Of a DNA stretch of 64,000 bases, positions 27,302 to 36,687 are shown piece after piece (within the stretch, counting starts at the first letter, position 1; each line of letters begins with the position of its first letter). The position numbers and the translations under genes are program-made. Under the pieces are notes generated by a model that saw only the letters and a program-made list of their open reading frames with translations, made no database searches and was not told the DNA's origin. The stretch spans positions 26 to 64,025 of the forward strand of contig JASHPK010000035.1 in the NCBI GenBank assembly GCA_030038095.1, written 5' to 3'. Source of the stretch: Thermoplasmata archaeon. GTDB lineage: Archaea > Thermoplasmatota > Thermoplasmata > Lutacidiplasmatales > UBA184.

Positions 27302-30300
27302 ATGGAATCGACGCACACAGGGTGGTGGAAACGCCACGGATGGACGGTGGCGATCCTCCTCGCCGCCTTCGGTTCAGCGTTCGCCATCCGGACGATCTGG
27401 ACGTACCCGATCGTCGCGCAGTACGGGGCGCTCTACACGTACGCGGGGGGCTCGGACTCGTACTACCACTCGCGCGTGATGGCCGACATCATCCTCACGC
27501 ACTCGAACCTCATCCACGATCCGCTGCTCAAGTACCCGACCGGGGCGATCAACCCGCGGGAGCCGCTTTTCGACTGGATGAACGCGATCCTCGGGATCAT
27601 CTTCGCCCCGTTCTTCGGCGGCAGCGCGGTCGGGGCCGGGGCCTGGTTCCTCGACCTGGACGGTCCGCTGTGGGCCGCGCTCAGCATCTTCCCGATCTAC
27701 CTCATCGGTCGCGAGATCAGCGACCGCCGCATGGGCCTCATCGCGGCGATGATCTATCCGTTCCTCTCCGCGAGCATCGATTCGTCGATCTTCGGCTACG
27801 CGAACTACCTCTCGTTCTACACGTGCATCATCCTCGTCACGGTGTACGCTTGGATCCGGACCGTCAAGGCCGTCGGGTCCCGGCGGTGGGTCGAGAGCTA
27901 CCGCCACCCGAGTCAGTACTGGCCCGCGCTCCGCGCCTTTTTGCGGACGGAACGGTCCGCCGTGAAATGGGCGGTCTTCACCGGGGTGTCGCTCGGGGCG
28001 CTCGCGCTGTCCTGGCAGGGGTACACGTACGCGGTCGTCGTGATCGGTCTCGGCGTCCTGATCTCAATGGTCGCCGAGCGGATCCGCCACGTCGACTCCT
28101 TCGGCCTCTACGTCGCGGCCTGGATCACCGGCGGCATCGGATTCGGGATGGAGTTCCCGTACTACTTCGTCCAGTACGGCGGGGTCACGCCCGGGTTCGT
28201 CGCGTTCTTCGTGATCCCCGCGGTCGTCCTGTTCGGGATCCTGCTCCTGCTGCTCCCCTTCCTCCTGATGCGCGACGTGCCTTGGGTCTTCTCGCTGCCG
28301 TTCCTCGCCGGGATCGTCCTCGCCGGGGTGGCGGCGCTCGCGGTCTTCGACCCGAACGACTTCACCACGATCGTCACCGGGCAGGGCTACTTCATCAAGA
28401 GCCTGATCTACTCGACGGTCGCGGAGGCGCAGGCGCCCTCGATCGACCAGCTGATCATCGGCTACGGCGTCGTCACCTTCTTCCTCGCGTTCGTCGGCGT
28501 CGCGCTGTTCGTCTACGTCCTGATCCGCGGCCGCTTCAAGCGCCAGCACGTGGCGTTCCTCGTCTTCGCGATCCTGTCGATCTACCTCCCGATCACGGCC
28601 ACGAAGTTCTTCCTCGTCGCCTCCCCCGCGTTCGCGCTCCTTCCGGCCGAGGCGATCTACCGCGCGCTGCGGATCGGGCGGTACCCGGAGCTCCGACGCA
28701 CGGTGGCCTCGCTCTCGGATCGTCGGAGTCAGTTCGCCGCATTCCGCAAGGCGTTCAAGCCGCGGCACGTCCTCGTGATGGCCCTGGTCGTCCTGATCAT
28801 CCTCCCGAACGTCTGGGTCTCGATCGACGCCGGGATCCCGGGCAACACGAAGACCCAGTTCGGGGAGCAGGTCGGGGCCACTCTTCCCACCTGGCTGCAG
28901 CTGAACACCTCGAACCCGGGACAGTACTACTTCGGCGCCGCCGGCACGAGCCTCGATACTCCGAACCAGTACGATAGTGCCGGGTACAATTGGCTCGCCA
29001 CGCAGGACACCAACATCCCGCCGGCCGATCGTCCGGCGCTGATCAGCTGGTGGGACTACGGGTTCCAGACCATCGACCAGGGCCAGCATCCGAGCGTCGC
29101 CGACAACTTCCAGAACGGCATCGATCCGTCCGGCCAGTTCCTCCTCTCCCAGAACGAGTCGCAGGCGATCGCGGTCCTGACGATCACGCTGCTCCAGGGG
29201 GAGCAGCGGGCGAGCGGCGAGCCGTACCTCCCGCCGGCCCTCAACCGGATCCTGGCGTACGATGGGCTGAACCTGGCGACGCTCCACAACCTGATGGTGA
29301 ACACGAGCGCCGACCTCCCGCTCGTGATCAACAACCCCCAGAAGTACCTCCCCGTCAACCCCAGCACGATCACGGCGGACAACGCGATGTACCTCGCGAC
29401 CGAGGTGTACATCGCGAGCGCGCTCCCCCTCGCGGGGGTCGCGCAGGTCTACGACAACGTCCAGCAGTACACGGGCTGGTCGATCCGCTACGTCCTCGCG
29501 GACAGCCGACTCTTCCCGTTCAGCGGCACCGACACGGGGATCTACTACGCTCCCGCGGACCTCACGGGCCGGGTCATCAACGCCGCGGGCGAGCCGACCA
29601 CCTTCTTCAACGTCACGGTCCTCGGCTCGGACGGGAACACGTACCCGATCGGTCAGCTCCCCGCGGACGTCTCGGCGGTGAACTACAACATCAACTATTT
29701 CGCGCCGTTCTACAACTCGATGATCTACCGAACGTACATCGGGTACAACGGGACGGACATCGGGCTCGGGTCCGGGATTCCGTGCCTCACGCTCAACTGC
29801 TCGTCCGCCCCGCTCGAACCCGGCTGGATGCTCCAGCACTTCCAGATCGTCTACATGACGTCGTACTACTGCCCGGCCCACAACGCCCCGAGCGGGTCCT
29901 CCTGCTTCTCGGCGACGAACAAGCCGACGGCGCTGGCCCTCGCGAAGGCCGACAACGGAACGGCCGACACGAGCGCGGCGAGCTACTTCTCCGGGGGCGA
30001 GACGATGCTCGAGTACTTCCCGGGTCAGCCGCTGGTCGGCTCGGTCGTCACCTCGGACGGTACCCCCGTGCCGGGGGCCCACGTCACCGTCGACGACTCC
30101 TGGGGGATCCCGCACGATAGCGTCGTGACGGGCGCGGACGGCTCGTTCTCGGTCGTGCTGCCGCCCGGGAACGACACGGTCAACGTCACGATGGGCACGT
30201 TCGACCAGCTGAAGCAGCAGGGCAACATCATCCTGAAGAGCGTCCCGATCGACGTGCCCGAAGCGGTCGGGATGAGCTTCAATGCTCCCAGCCGCATGAT

Positions 30301-33300
30301 GAACGTCGTCCTCCCCGGCGCGACCGTCGGGGGTTCGGTCTACTGGAACATCGCGAACAACACGACCTACTCGCTCGGCGACATCAACGTGCCGGGGGCC
30401 CAGGTCGTCCTCTGGGGGACCGGGGGCCTCTCCAAGCTCACCGCGACGACCGACGTGAGCGGGACCTTCGCCCTCTCGAACGTTCCCCCGGGCGTCTACA
30501 ACATGAGCGTCCTGTACCAGGGGGCGAACTTCACCGAGGCCTCCGTCTACGCGGAGCCGGGCAACTTCTCGAACGCGACCGCCGGGCTCACCCCGGCGTC
30601 GATCACGGGGCTGTTGAGCGAGCCCGGCGGCGCGACCTCGACCGCGGCCGTCGCGGTCGTGAACTCCTACGGCCTCGCGATCTCCAACGTATCGAACTCG
30701 TCGGGCTACTACCACCTCACCGGACTCGGTCCGGGCAACTGGACGCTCTCGGCGTCGATCCCGGGGACGGACCTGAGGTCCCCCGGGCTCCAGTTCAACA
30801 TCTCGAAGCCGGGCACGAAGCTCTCCTTCAACCTCACGCTCGCGCCGAGCGTCGCCGTCACCGTGACCGCGGTCGCGAACGGGGCGCCGGCGGGCGGCGT
30901 GCCCGTTCGGTTCTCGGTGCTGTCGAGCTACCTCAACAGCTCGATCTCCCCGATCGGGGTGCTCTCGGCGGCGAGCGCGAACACGACCGTGGTGACGACC
31001 GATCCGAGCGGCGTGGCCACCGTCTACCTTCCGGCCGGCAACTACTCCGTGTACGCCCTCGGCTACGTGGGGAGCACCCTGTACGCCGGTACCACCGAGC
31101 TCACGGCGCTTCCGGCCGTCGGACCCAGCAGCGCCGTCCTGACCCTCTCCCCCGCCATCCGTCTCACGGGCACGGTTTCGGGCGGAGCGAGCCTCGGCAA
31201 CACGACCCGGACCGCGGTCATCGCGTACTCGAATTCGGCCACCGAGGTCACGGCCTGGGCGATGGCGAACGGGACGTACTCGTTCCTCCTCCCCCGGGGC
31301 AACTATAGCCTGCTCGCGCTGCGCAGTGCCTCCTCGGGCACGGGGGCGGTCTACGCGGCGCTCGGCGGGGTCGTGCTGACGGCCCCGTCCCAGGTGCCGC
31401 TGACCCTGTCGAGCGCGGTCGTGGCCCGATTCACGGTCGGCGCCGCGCTGCCGAGCGGAGCGTTCTTCCCGGCGGCGGCCGCCCAGGTCTCGATCTCGCA
31501 GGGGACGGGCGGGGCGAGCGTCCCGGTCGTGGCGAGCTCGTCGGGTCAGGTGGCGCTCTACCTGCCGTCGAGCCTGCCGCTCTCGTCGCCGACGTACTGC
31601 GTGTCGGCCCAGTCGATCGGCTTCTCGACGGCGAGCGATTGCGGTCTGACTCCGTCCTCCCTCGTCGCCCTGAGCCAGCTGCCGCTCCAGCTGCTCCCCG
31701 TCTCGGTGACGCTGCGGGTCGTCGGGCTTCCGCTCGGAGTCCCGGTCACGGTGAACCTGACGGCGGAGAGCGAGACCGCGCAGAACCGGACCCTCAACGG
31801 CGGGCCGGTCTTCTCGTTCAGTCAGGCGCCCGGGGTCTACGGGGTCGGCGCGCGCGCCACGCTCTCGAGCGGCAAGGTCGTCTACCTCCCGTCCTCGATC
31901 CTGCAGACGACGATCCCAATCGGCGCGACCACGACGGCGCTCACTCTCGGGCTCATCGCCCAGATCAACGCGACGGGGACCCTCTCCGTGCCGAGCGGCG
32001 TGAACGTCTCGCGCGTGAACATCTCCCTCTCCTCCCCGTTCCTGAACGTGAGCGTCAACGGCACGAACTACACGCACGGCTTCCGCGTGGCCCCGGGGAC
32101 GTACTCCGCGTACGCGAGCCTGAACTTGAACGGCACGCTCTACACGGACCTCTCCCGGGTGACGGTCGGTTCGAACGGGACGATCTTCCCGACGCTCGTC
32201 CTCAACACCCTCGCGGTCAAGGTCCAGGGATCGCTGAACTCGCCGTCGCATACGCTCCTCGAAACGAACCTGAACCTCACCCTCACCGCTCCGAGCGGCG
32301 CCTCGACGACGGTCGAGACCACGCAGGGCGCCTGGGTCGTCGACCTCCCGCCGAACACCAACTACTCGGTCCGCGCCTCCTCGTACTCGACGATCTCGGG
32401 GCCGAACGGCACGTACCAGGCCTACTGGACGACGAACGCGAGCGCGAGCTGTCTCGTCGGCCCGGGGCCGACGGACTGCAACCTGACGCTCTATCCCACG
32501 ACGATCTCGGTGCCGGTCACGCTCACCCTGAACGCGACCGGGATTCCCGGCCTCCAGCCCGGTTCGGTGCGGATCGTCGGACCCTACCCGTTCGCCAACG
32601 TCACGGTGCTCTCGACCACGAACGGGACGGTCGTCTCCGAGGTCCTGCCGGGGGCCTACTCGGTGTACGCGACCGGCGGCGGCGCGAGCAGTCCGCTCGC
32701 CGGGTTCGGCTCGTTCGTCGCCCTCCCATCGAGATCGGGTCCGTTCGCGATCTCCCTCGTCCCGGCGTGGATCGACGCGGTGCGGATCCTGACTCCGATC
32801 GGCACGTCGACGGGGCTCAGTCCGGCGAACCTCACGGTCCGCAACGCCGTCGGCACCACGGTCACGTTCACGAACGTGAGCGAGGGCCCGGTCGTTGACC
32901 TGGCCCTCCCGGTCGGCCGGTACACGATCTCCGCCTCGGCGATCGGGCGGCCGTACGGCGTCGCGACCGAGGCGACCGCTCGGGAGAACGCGACGCTCGT
33001 GAGCGGGAACCTCGCCACGAACCTCCAGCTCGTCTACCGGTTCCACCCGTCGGTGACGGGGACGGTGCTCGGGAGCTCGACCGTCACGGTGAGCGCCGGG
33101 GGCGTCGCCACCTTCAGCTATTCGGTGCGGAACACCGGCAACGAGCCGGTGGTCGTGCACGCCGTCGGCTCCCCGGCGTTCTGGGGCTTCAACTTCAGCG
33201 CGGGCAACCTCTCGCTCGGAGTCGGCACCGGACCGGTCGGGGAGACCGTCACCATCCACGTGCCGGCCGGCACGGCCGTCACGCACTCCCCGGTGGCGAT

Positions 33301-33910
33301 CTCGTTCGAGAACTCGACGAACGCGGTGGTGGGATCGGTGACGCCGGCCCCCGTCGTGAGGGTGCTCGGGTACTACGGCATCTCGGTCGGCACGAGTCCG
33401 AGCCTTCCGGCGGAGATCGGCAACGATCGGGCCCGGGCGCTCTTCTACGCCACGGACACCGGCAACCAGCCCGAGAGCGTTGTCTTCAGCGTCGTCAATG
33501 CGGGCCTGCTCTCGAGCTACGGCTGGAAGACCCAGATCGCGGAGAACGGCAAGAATCTCTCGAAACCGCTCTACCTGCAACCGAGCGGGAACTCGACGCT
33601 CACGGTCTACGTCAACGCGTCCAGCTCGATCTTCGTGCCGCCCCAGTACGTGACGGTCGCGGCGAGCGTGCTGAACGCGTCGGGGGCGGCCTCCGGGTCG
33701 GTGACGATCTCCCTCGCGATGATCTCCGTGAACACGACGAGCACGAACGGCTCCGCTCCGATCACGATCACCGGTCCCTCGATCGGCACCCCGCCGAACG
33801 TCCTGCCGGACTGGCTCATCGCGCTGCTCGCCTTCGTCCCGACGATCGCGCTGATCGCGCTGGTCCTCCTGTACCGCTGGAACCGCACTCGGAGGTGGTC
33901 GCGCCGATGA
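27302..33910 (+). CDS. aglB: Giant archaeal oligosaccharyltransferase AglB (STT3). It carries a ~1,300-aa C-terminal extension of repeated beta-sandwich (CarboxypepD_reg-like) domains and a terminal TM anchor.
   Basis: Uninterrupted ORF (track 27296..33910; ATG at 27302). The N-terminus is polytopic, with the catalytic WWDYGFQ motif at nt 29048-29068. Repeats of the type GSVVTSDGTPVPGAHVTV...TGADGSFSVVLPPGNDTVNVT begin at ~nt 30020. The C-terminus is PDWLIALLAFVPTIALIALVLLYRWNRTRRWSRR. Confidence 0.9.
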   Translation: MESTHTGWWKRHGWTVAILLAAFGSAFAIRTIWTYPIVAQYGALYTYAGGSDSYYHSRVMADIILTHSNLIHDPLLKYPTGAINPREPLFDWMNAILGIIFAPFFGGSAVGAGAWFLDLDGPLWAALSIFPIYLIGREISDRRMGLIAAMIYPFLSASIDSSIFGYANYLSFYTCIILVTVYAWIRTVKAVGSRRWVESYRHPSQYWPALRAFLRTERSAVKWAVFTGVSLGALALSWQGYTYAVVVIGLGVLISMVAERIRHVDSFGLYVAAWITGGIGFGMEFPYYFVQYGGVTPGFVAFFVIPAVVLFGILLLLLPFLLMRDVPWVFSLPFLAGIVLAGVAALAVFDPNDFTTIVTGQGYFIKSLIYSTVAEAQAPSIDQLIIGYGVVTFFLAFVGVALFVYVLIRGRFKRQHVAFLVFAILSIYLPITATKFFLVASPAFALLPAEAIYRALRIGRYPELRRTVASLSDRRSQFAAFRKAFKPRHVLVMALVVLIILPNVWVSIDAGIPGNTKTQFGEQVGATLPTWLQLNTSNPGQYYFGAAGTSLDTPNQYDSAGYNWLATQDTNIPPADRPALISWWDYGFQTIDQGQHPSVADNFQNGIDPSGQFLLSQNESQAIAVLTITLLQGEQRASGEPYLPPALNRILAYDGLNLATLHNLMVNTSADLPLVINNPQKYLPVNPSTITADNAMYLATEVYIASALPLAGVAQVYDNVQQYTGWSIRYVLADSRLFPFSGTDTGIYYAPADLTGRVINAAGEPTTFFNVTVLGSDGNTYPIGQLPADVSAVNYNINYFAPFYNSMIYRTYIGYNGTDIGLGSGIPCLTLNCSSAPLEPGWMLQHFQIVYMTSYYCPAHNAPSGSSCFSATNKPTALALAKADNGTADTSAASYFSGGETMLEYFPGQPLVGSVVTSDGTPVPGAHVTVDDSWGIPHDSVVTGADGSFSVVLPPGNDTVNVTMGTFDQLKQQGNIILKSVPIDVPEAVGMSFNAPSRMMNVVLPGATVGGSVYWNIANNTTYSLGDINVPGAQVVLWGTGGLSKLTATTDVSGTFALSNVPPGVYNMSVLYQGANFTEASVYAEPGNFSNATAGLTPASITGLLSEPGGATSTAAVAVVNSYGLAISNVSNSSGYYHLTGLGPGNWTLSASIPGTDLRSPGLQFNISKPGTKLSFNLTLAPSVAVTVTAVANGAPAGGVPVRFSVLSSYLNSSISPIGVLSAASANTTVVTTDPSGVATVYLPAGNYSVYALGYVGSTLYAGTTELTALPAVGPSSAVLTLSPAIRLTGTVSGGASLGNTTRTAVIAYSNSATEVTAWAMANGTYSFLLPRGNYSLLALRSASSGTGAVYAALGGVVLTAPSQVPLTLSSAVVARFTVGAALPSGAFFPAAAAQVSISQGTGGASVPVVASSSGQVALYLPSSLPLSSPTYCVSAQSIGFSTASDCGLTPSSLVALSQLPLQLLPVSVTLRVVGLPLGVPVTVNLTAESETAQNRTLNGGPVFSFSQAPGVYGVGARATLSSGKVVYLPSSILQTTIPIGATTTALTLGLIAQINATGTLSVPSGVNVSRVNISLSSPFLNVSVNGTNYTHGFRVAPGTYSAYASLNLNGTLYTDLSRVTVGSNGTIFPTLVLNTLAVKVQGSLNSPSHTLLETNLNLTLTAPSGASTTVETTQGAWVVDLPPNTNYSVRASSYSTISGPNGTYQAYWTTNASASCLVGPGPTDCNLTLYPTTISVPVTLTLNATGIPGLQPGSVRIVGPYPFANVTVLSTTNGTVVSEVLPGAYSVYATGGGASSPLAGFGSFVALPSRSGPFAISLVPAWIDAVRILTPIGTSTGLSPANLTVRNAVGTTVTFTNVSEGPVVDLALPVGRYTISASAIGRPYGVATEATARENATLVSGNLATNLQLVYRFHPSVTGTVLGSSTVTVSAGGVATFSYSVRNTGNEPVVVHAVGSPAFWGFNFSAGNLSLGVGTGPVGETVTIHVPAGTAVTHSPVAISFENSTNAVVGSVTPAPVVRVLGYYGISVGTSPSLPAEIGNDRARALFYATDTGNQPESVVFSVVNAGLLSSYGWKTQIAENGKNLSKPLYLQPSGNSTLTVYVNASSSIFVPPQYVTVAASVLNASGAASGSVTISLAMISVNTTSTNGSAPITITGPSIGTPPNVLPDWLIALLAFVPTIALIALVLLYRWNRTRRWSRR

Positions 33911-34755
33911 GCCTTCGCCGATCGGCTCCTCGCGTCGCCATCGTCCTCGCCCTGCTGCTCACCGCCGCGGTGCTCGCCTCCGCCCTCGCTCTTCCGACCA
34001 GCGGCCGAAGCCCGGCGACCTCGCCGCTCGCCACCGCGGCGAACCCGGTCACCGCCTCGGTCGGCGGCACGCACCTCATCGGGGTCGGGGGCCATGCCGG
34101 CTACTTCTTCAACGCGACCGGCGGCCCCGCGTATGCCGCGAACGGCTCGCGGGTGGGGAACCTGACCTACTACGCGAGCGTCTCGGGGACGAACACCACG
34201 GGAGTGACCCTCAACCCCGACCAGGAGGCGATCTTCAACGGTTCGTCCTCCGTCTCGACCCTCACCGTGAACTCGGTGCCGCAAACGCTGACGATCAACG
34301 TGATGTTCAGCTCGGTCTACCGGGGGGCGAACGAATCGGTGAACCTCACCTACACCGTCAACATCGTCGCGCCGTACGTCCTGTCGGCGACGATCGTCGA
34401 CGTCTCCTCGTCCGACGTGATCAGCTTCCCCGTCGACATCTACCTCGACGGGAATTTCGTCGGGAACGTCACGGTCTCGACCCTGAGCCCGAGCACGCCG
34501 TACCACTTCTCGTTCGATTACCTGACCCTCGGCCTCTCGCCGGGGTGGCACACGTTCTCGATCTCGCTCGCGAGCGAGCACGGGCTCGTCGTCTTCGCGG
34601 GCGGCGCCACGTCGTTCTCCCAGTCGTTCTACGTTCCCGGACCGGCCCCGAACTACACCCTCTGGTACATCGTCGGGATCGTCGCGTTCGTCGGGACCAT
34701 CTTTATATTGCTCACTCGGGTGGCCGCGCGCCGGCGGGGCGCGGCGCGCAAGTAG
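33907..34755 (+). CDS. Secreted, C-terminally anchored sequon-rich protein (putative N-glycoprotein).
   Basis: ATGA overlap with the aglB stop. It has a signal-like N-terminus (MSLRRSAPRVAIVLALLLTAAVLASALA), 9 NxS/T sequons by eye, and a C-terminal TM plus basic tail (WYIVGIVAFVGTIFILLTRVAARRRGAARK). Confidence 0.7.
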   Translation: MSLRRSAPRVAIVLALLLTAAVLASALALPTSGRSPATSPLATAANPVTASVGGTHLIGVGGHAGYFFNATGGPAYAANGSRVGNLTYYASVSGTNTTGVTLNPDQEAIFNGSSSVSTLTVNSVPQTLTINVMFSSVYRGANESVNLTYTVNIVAPYVLSATIVDVSSSDVISFPVDIYLDGNFVGNVTVSTLSPSTPYHFSFDYLTLGLSPGWHTFSISLASEHGLVVFAGGATSFSQSFYVPGPAPNYTLWYIVGIVAFVGTIFILLTRVAARRRGAARK

Positions 34756-34779
34756 CCCCGCGGTCCTCGGGGTGCTCTC

Positions 34780-34959
34780 ATGACGATGTCCGGACGGGTC
34801 GACCTACGGTGCAGCTCCTGTGGCCGGGCGCTGCCCGGGCCCGGCGGGACCCAGTTCCCCTGTCCGCAGTGCGGGGAGGCGACCATCGGGCGGTGCGCCC
34901 GGTGTCGCGACCAGAGCGTGAACTACGCCTGCGGCAAGTGCGGCTTCGAAGGGCCGTAG
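34780..34959 (+). CDS. Four-CxxC zinc-finger micro-protein (COG2888-like), 59 aa. Below the ORF-track cutoff.
   Basis: My translation: MTMSGRVDLRCSSCGRALPGPGGTQFPCPQCGEATIGRCARCRDQSVNYACGKCGFEGP*. GC3 is high. It lies directly upstream of aEF-1beta, a pairing I recall as conserved in archaea. Confidence 0.7.
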   Translation: MTMSGRVDLRCSSCGRALPGPGGTQFPCPQCGEATIGRCARCRDQSVNYACGKCGFEGP

Positions 34960-34975
34960 GGGGGCGAGCCGACCG

Positions 34976-35242
34976 ATGGGCCAGGTCGCGGTGCTCTTCC
35001 GCCTGATGCCCCGCGGCGTGGAGACCGACATGCGCGCGCTCGCTCAGGGCGTGCGCGCGGCGGTCCCCGACGGCGTGACGATCCGCGGGATGCAGGTGAA
35101 GGACATCGCCTTCGGGTTGAAGAGCCTCCTCGTCTCCGTCGTGATGGCGGACGCGGGCGGCGTACTGGAGTCGACCGAGCACGCCCTCGCCAAGGTCCCC
35201 CACGTCGAGTCGGTCGAGGTGATGGAGGAGGGGCTGATCTAG
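34976..35242 (+). CDS. Translation elongation factor aEF-1 beta.
   Basis: MGQVAVLFRLMPRGVETDMRALAQGVRAAVPDGVTIRGMQVKDIAFGLKSLLVSVVMAD...VESVEV. The size (88 aa) and pattern are typical. Confidence 0.88.
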   Translation: MGQVAVLFRLMPRGVETDMRALAQGVRAAVPDGVTIRGMQVKDIAFGLKSLLVSVVMADAGGVLESTEHALAKVPHVESVEVMEEGLI

Positions 35243-35258
35243 CCCGCGCCGCTCGACC

Positions 35259-36242
35259 GTGGACCTGCTCACCCACGTTCTCGTCGCCTACCTCGTCACG
35301 TTCGGGATCGTCGGTCCCCAGCCCCAGTACCTCGCGGCCGGCGCCCTCGCCGGCGGGTTGCCCGACGCGGACGCGCTGCTCTTCCCGATCGCGCGCCGGT
35401 TCCCGATCTTCCGCCACCACGGGATCACCCATTCTCTCTTCGGCGTCACGGTGGTCGCGGTCGTGGGCGCGTTCCTCGCGCCGCTGATCCTCCCCGGGTC
35501 GGCGTGGGTCTACTTCCTCGTCATGGAGGTCGGCGGGGCGTGCCACATCCTCCAGGACGGGTTCACGAACTTCTCGGTACCCCCGCTCCTTCCGTTCTCG
35601 GAACGCCGGCTCGAGGTCGACGCGGACCGCGCCATCAACTTCGTCACGCTCGTGGTGAGCTCGGTGGCCTTCTACCTCCTCCTCGGCGTCGAGCGCAACC
35701 ACGTCGGCCCGGCGGTCTACCTCTACACCGTCTACGGGCTGATGGCGTTCTTCGTGGCGTACTTCGCGATCCGCCTCACCGGACGGCTCGTGATCGGCCG
35801 GCACCGGGCCGCCCTCGACCCGGCGGCGGTGCCGGTCCCCACGGGGAACCCGTTCACCTGGCTCCTGCTCGCCGAGCGGCACGCGAACGGTCGGGTCCGG
35901 ACCACGTGGGCCCGCTACGTCCTCGGCCGCGGGCTCGTGGACGGCCCCCACGCGGTGGAGGCGCCGATCGAGGCGACGCCGCACTCCGGCCGCCCGACGA
36001 GCGCCGCCGAGGCGCTCGAGTGGTCGTACCCGCTCGCCCGCGCCCGGAGCCGGATCCTCGAGATGACCTACCACTTCGGCGAGGCCTACGAGACCGCGGC
36101 GGGGGCCTGGACGGCGGTATGGTACTCCCTCGAGTTCACGATGTTCGGTCGGGCCTCCGCCGTCCGCGTCCAGTTCCCGGCGGACGGGGGGACCCCCGAG
36201 GTGAAGTCGGCGTTCTACCGGCCCCTGCACCCGGCGTACTGA
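35259..36242 (+). CDS. Membrane-bound metal-dependent hydrolase (YdjM/DUF457 family) with an extra C-terminal domain.
   Basis: GTG start. MDLLTHVLVAYLV...LPDADALLFP...HHGITHSL motifs are followed by several TM helices. Confidence 0.7.
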   Translation: MDLLTHVLVAYLVTFGIVGPQPQYLAAGALAGGLPDADALLFPIARRFPIFRHHGITHSLFGVTVVAVVGAFLAPLILPGSAWVYFLVMEVGGACHILQDGFTNFSVPPLLPFSERRLEVDADRAINFVTLVVSSVAFYLLLGVERNHVGPAVYLYTVYGLMAFFVAYFAIRLTGRLVIGRHRAALDPAAVPVPTGNPFTWLLLAERHANGRVRTTWARYVLGRGLVDGPHAVEAPIEATPHSGRPTSAAEALEWSYPLARARSRILEMTYHFGEAYETAAGAWTAVWYSLEFTMFGRASAVRVQFPADGGTPEVKSAFYRPLHPAY

Positions 36243-36297
36243 CCGCGGCGGGAGAGCCCCCCGATTTCCGTGCGCCCCGTTCCGGAGCGGGTCGGGA

Positions 36298-36576
36298 TCA
36301 CTTGTACGTCGACTGGTGCGTCGTCCCCTCGTCGTCGACGATGGTGATGCATTCACCCTCGCACTCGAAGAGACAGGCCTCGCACATGATGCAGTCGGGG
36401 CCGTGGATCACGGCGGACTTCTCGGCGCGGAACTGGAACTTCGCGGCTACGGCGGGGTCATCGACGACGTTCGGCCAGTTCTCGCGCGGCTGCATCTCGA
36501 AGACCGTCACGGGGCAGACATCCCGGCAGTGACTGCAGCCCGTACACTTCTCATGGGCCACCTCGACGCTGACCAT
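36298..36576 (-). CDS. 2x[4Fe-4S] ferredoxin.
   Basis: CTGCSHCRDVCP and CIMCEACLFEC cluster motifs. I chose ATG 36576 (MVSVEV...) because the TATA element lies only ~13 nt from the longer start at 36597. Confidence 0.85.
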   Translation of the reverse strand: MVSVEVAHEKCTGCSHCRDVCPVTVFEMQPRENWPNVVDDPAVAAKFQFRAEKSAVIHGPDCIMCEACLFECEGECITIVDDEGTTHQSTYK

Positions 36577-36606
36577 GTGAATACCCGGCGCGCTCACCGA
36601 TGCCGG

Positions 36607-36614
36607 ATATATTA
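36607..36614 (-). promoter_or_regulatory. TATA box (TAATATAT on minus), ~32 nt upstream of the ferredoxin ATG 36576.
   Basis: The plus strand reads ggatatattagg. Confidence 0.45.
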
Positions 36615-36687
36615 GGTCGCGCGCGAACGCGCGTGGACGCGCCGATCCGGGGGCGTCGCCGACCCATGCGTCGGCAAGGTTCGGCGC

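Noticed and set aside
28064-33580. A 1,838-aa ORF on the minus strand, the second-longest ORF in the window.
   Set aside because: It is exactly antisense to aglB. It consists of Arg/Asp/Gly/Glu/Pro/His low-complexity sequence with no recognisable motif. The sense frame carries the STT3 motifs. Such mirror ORFs are expected when GC3 is extreme and stops are rare.
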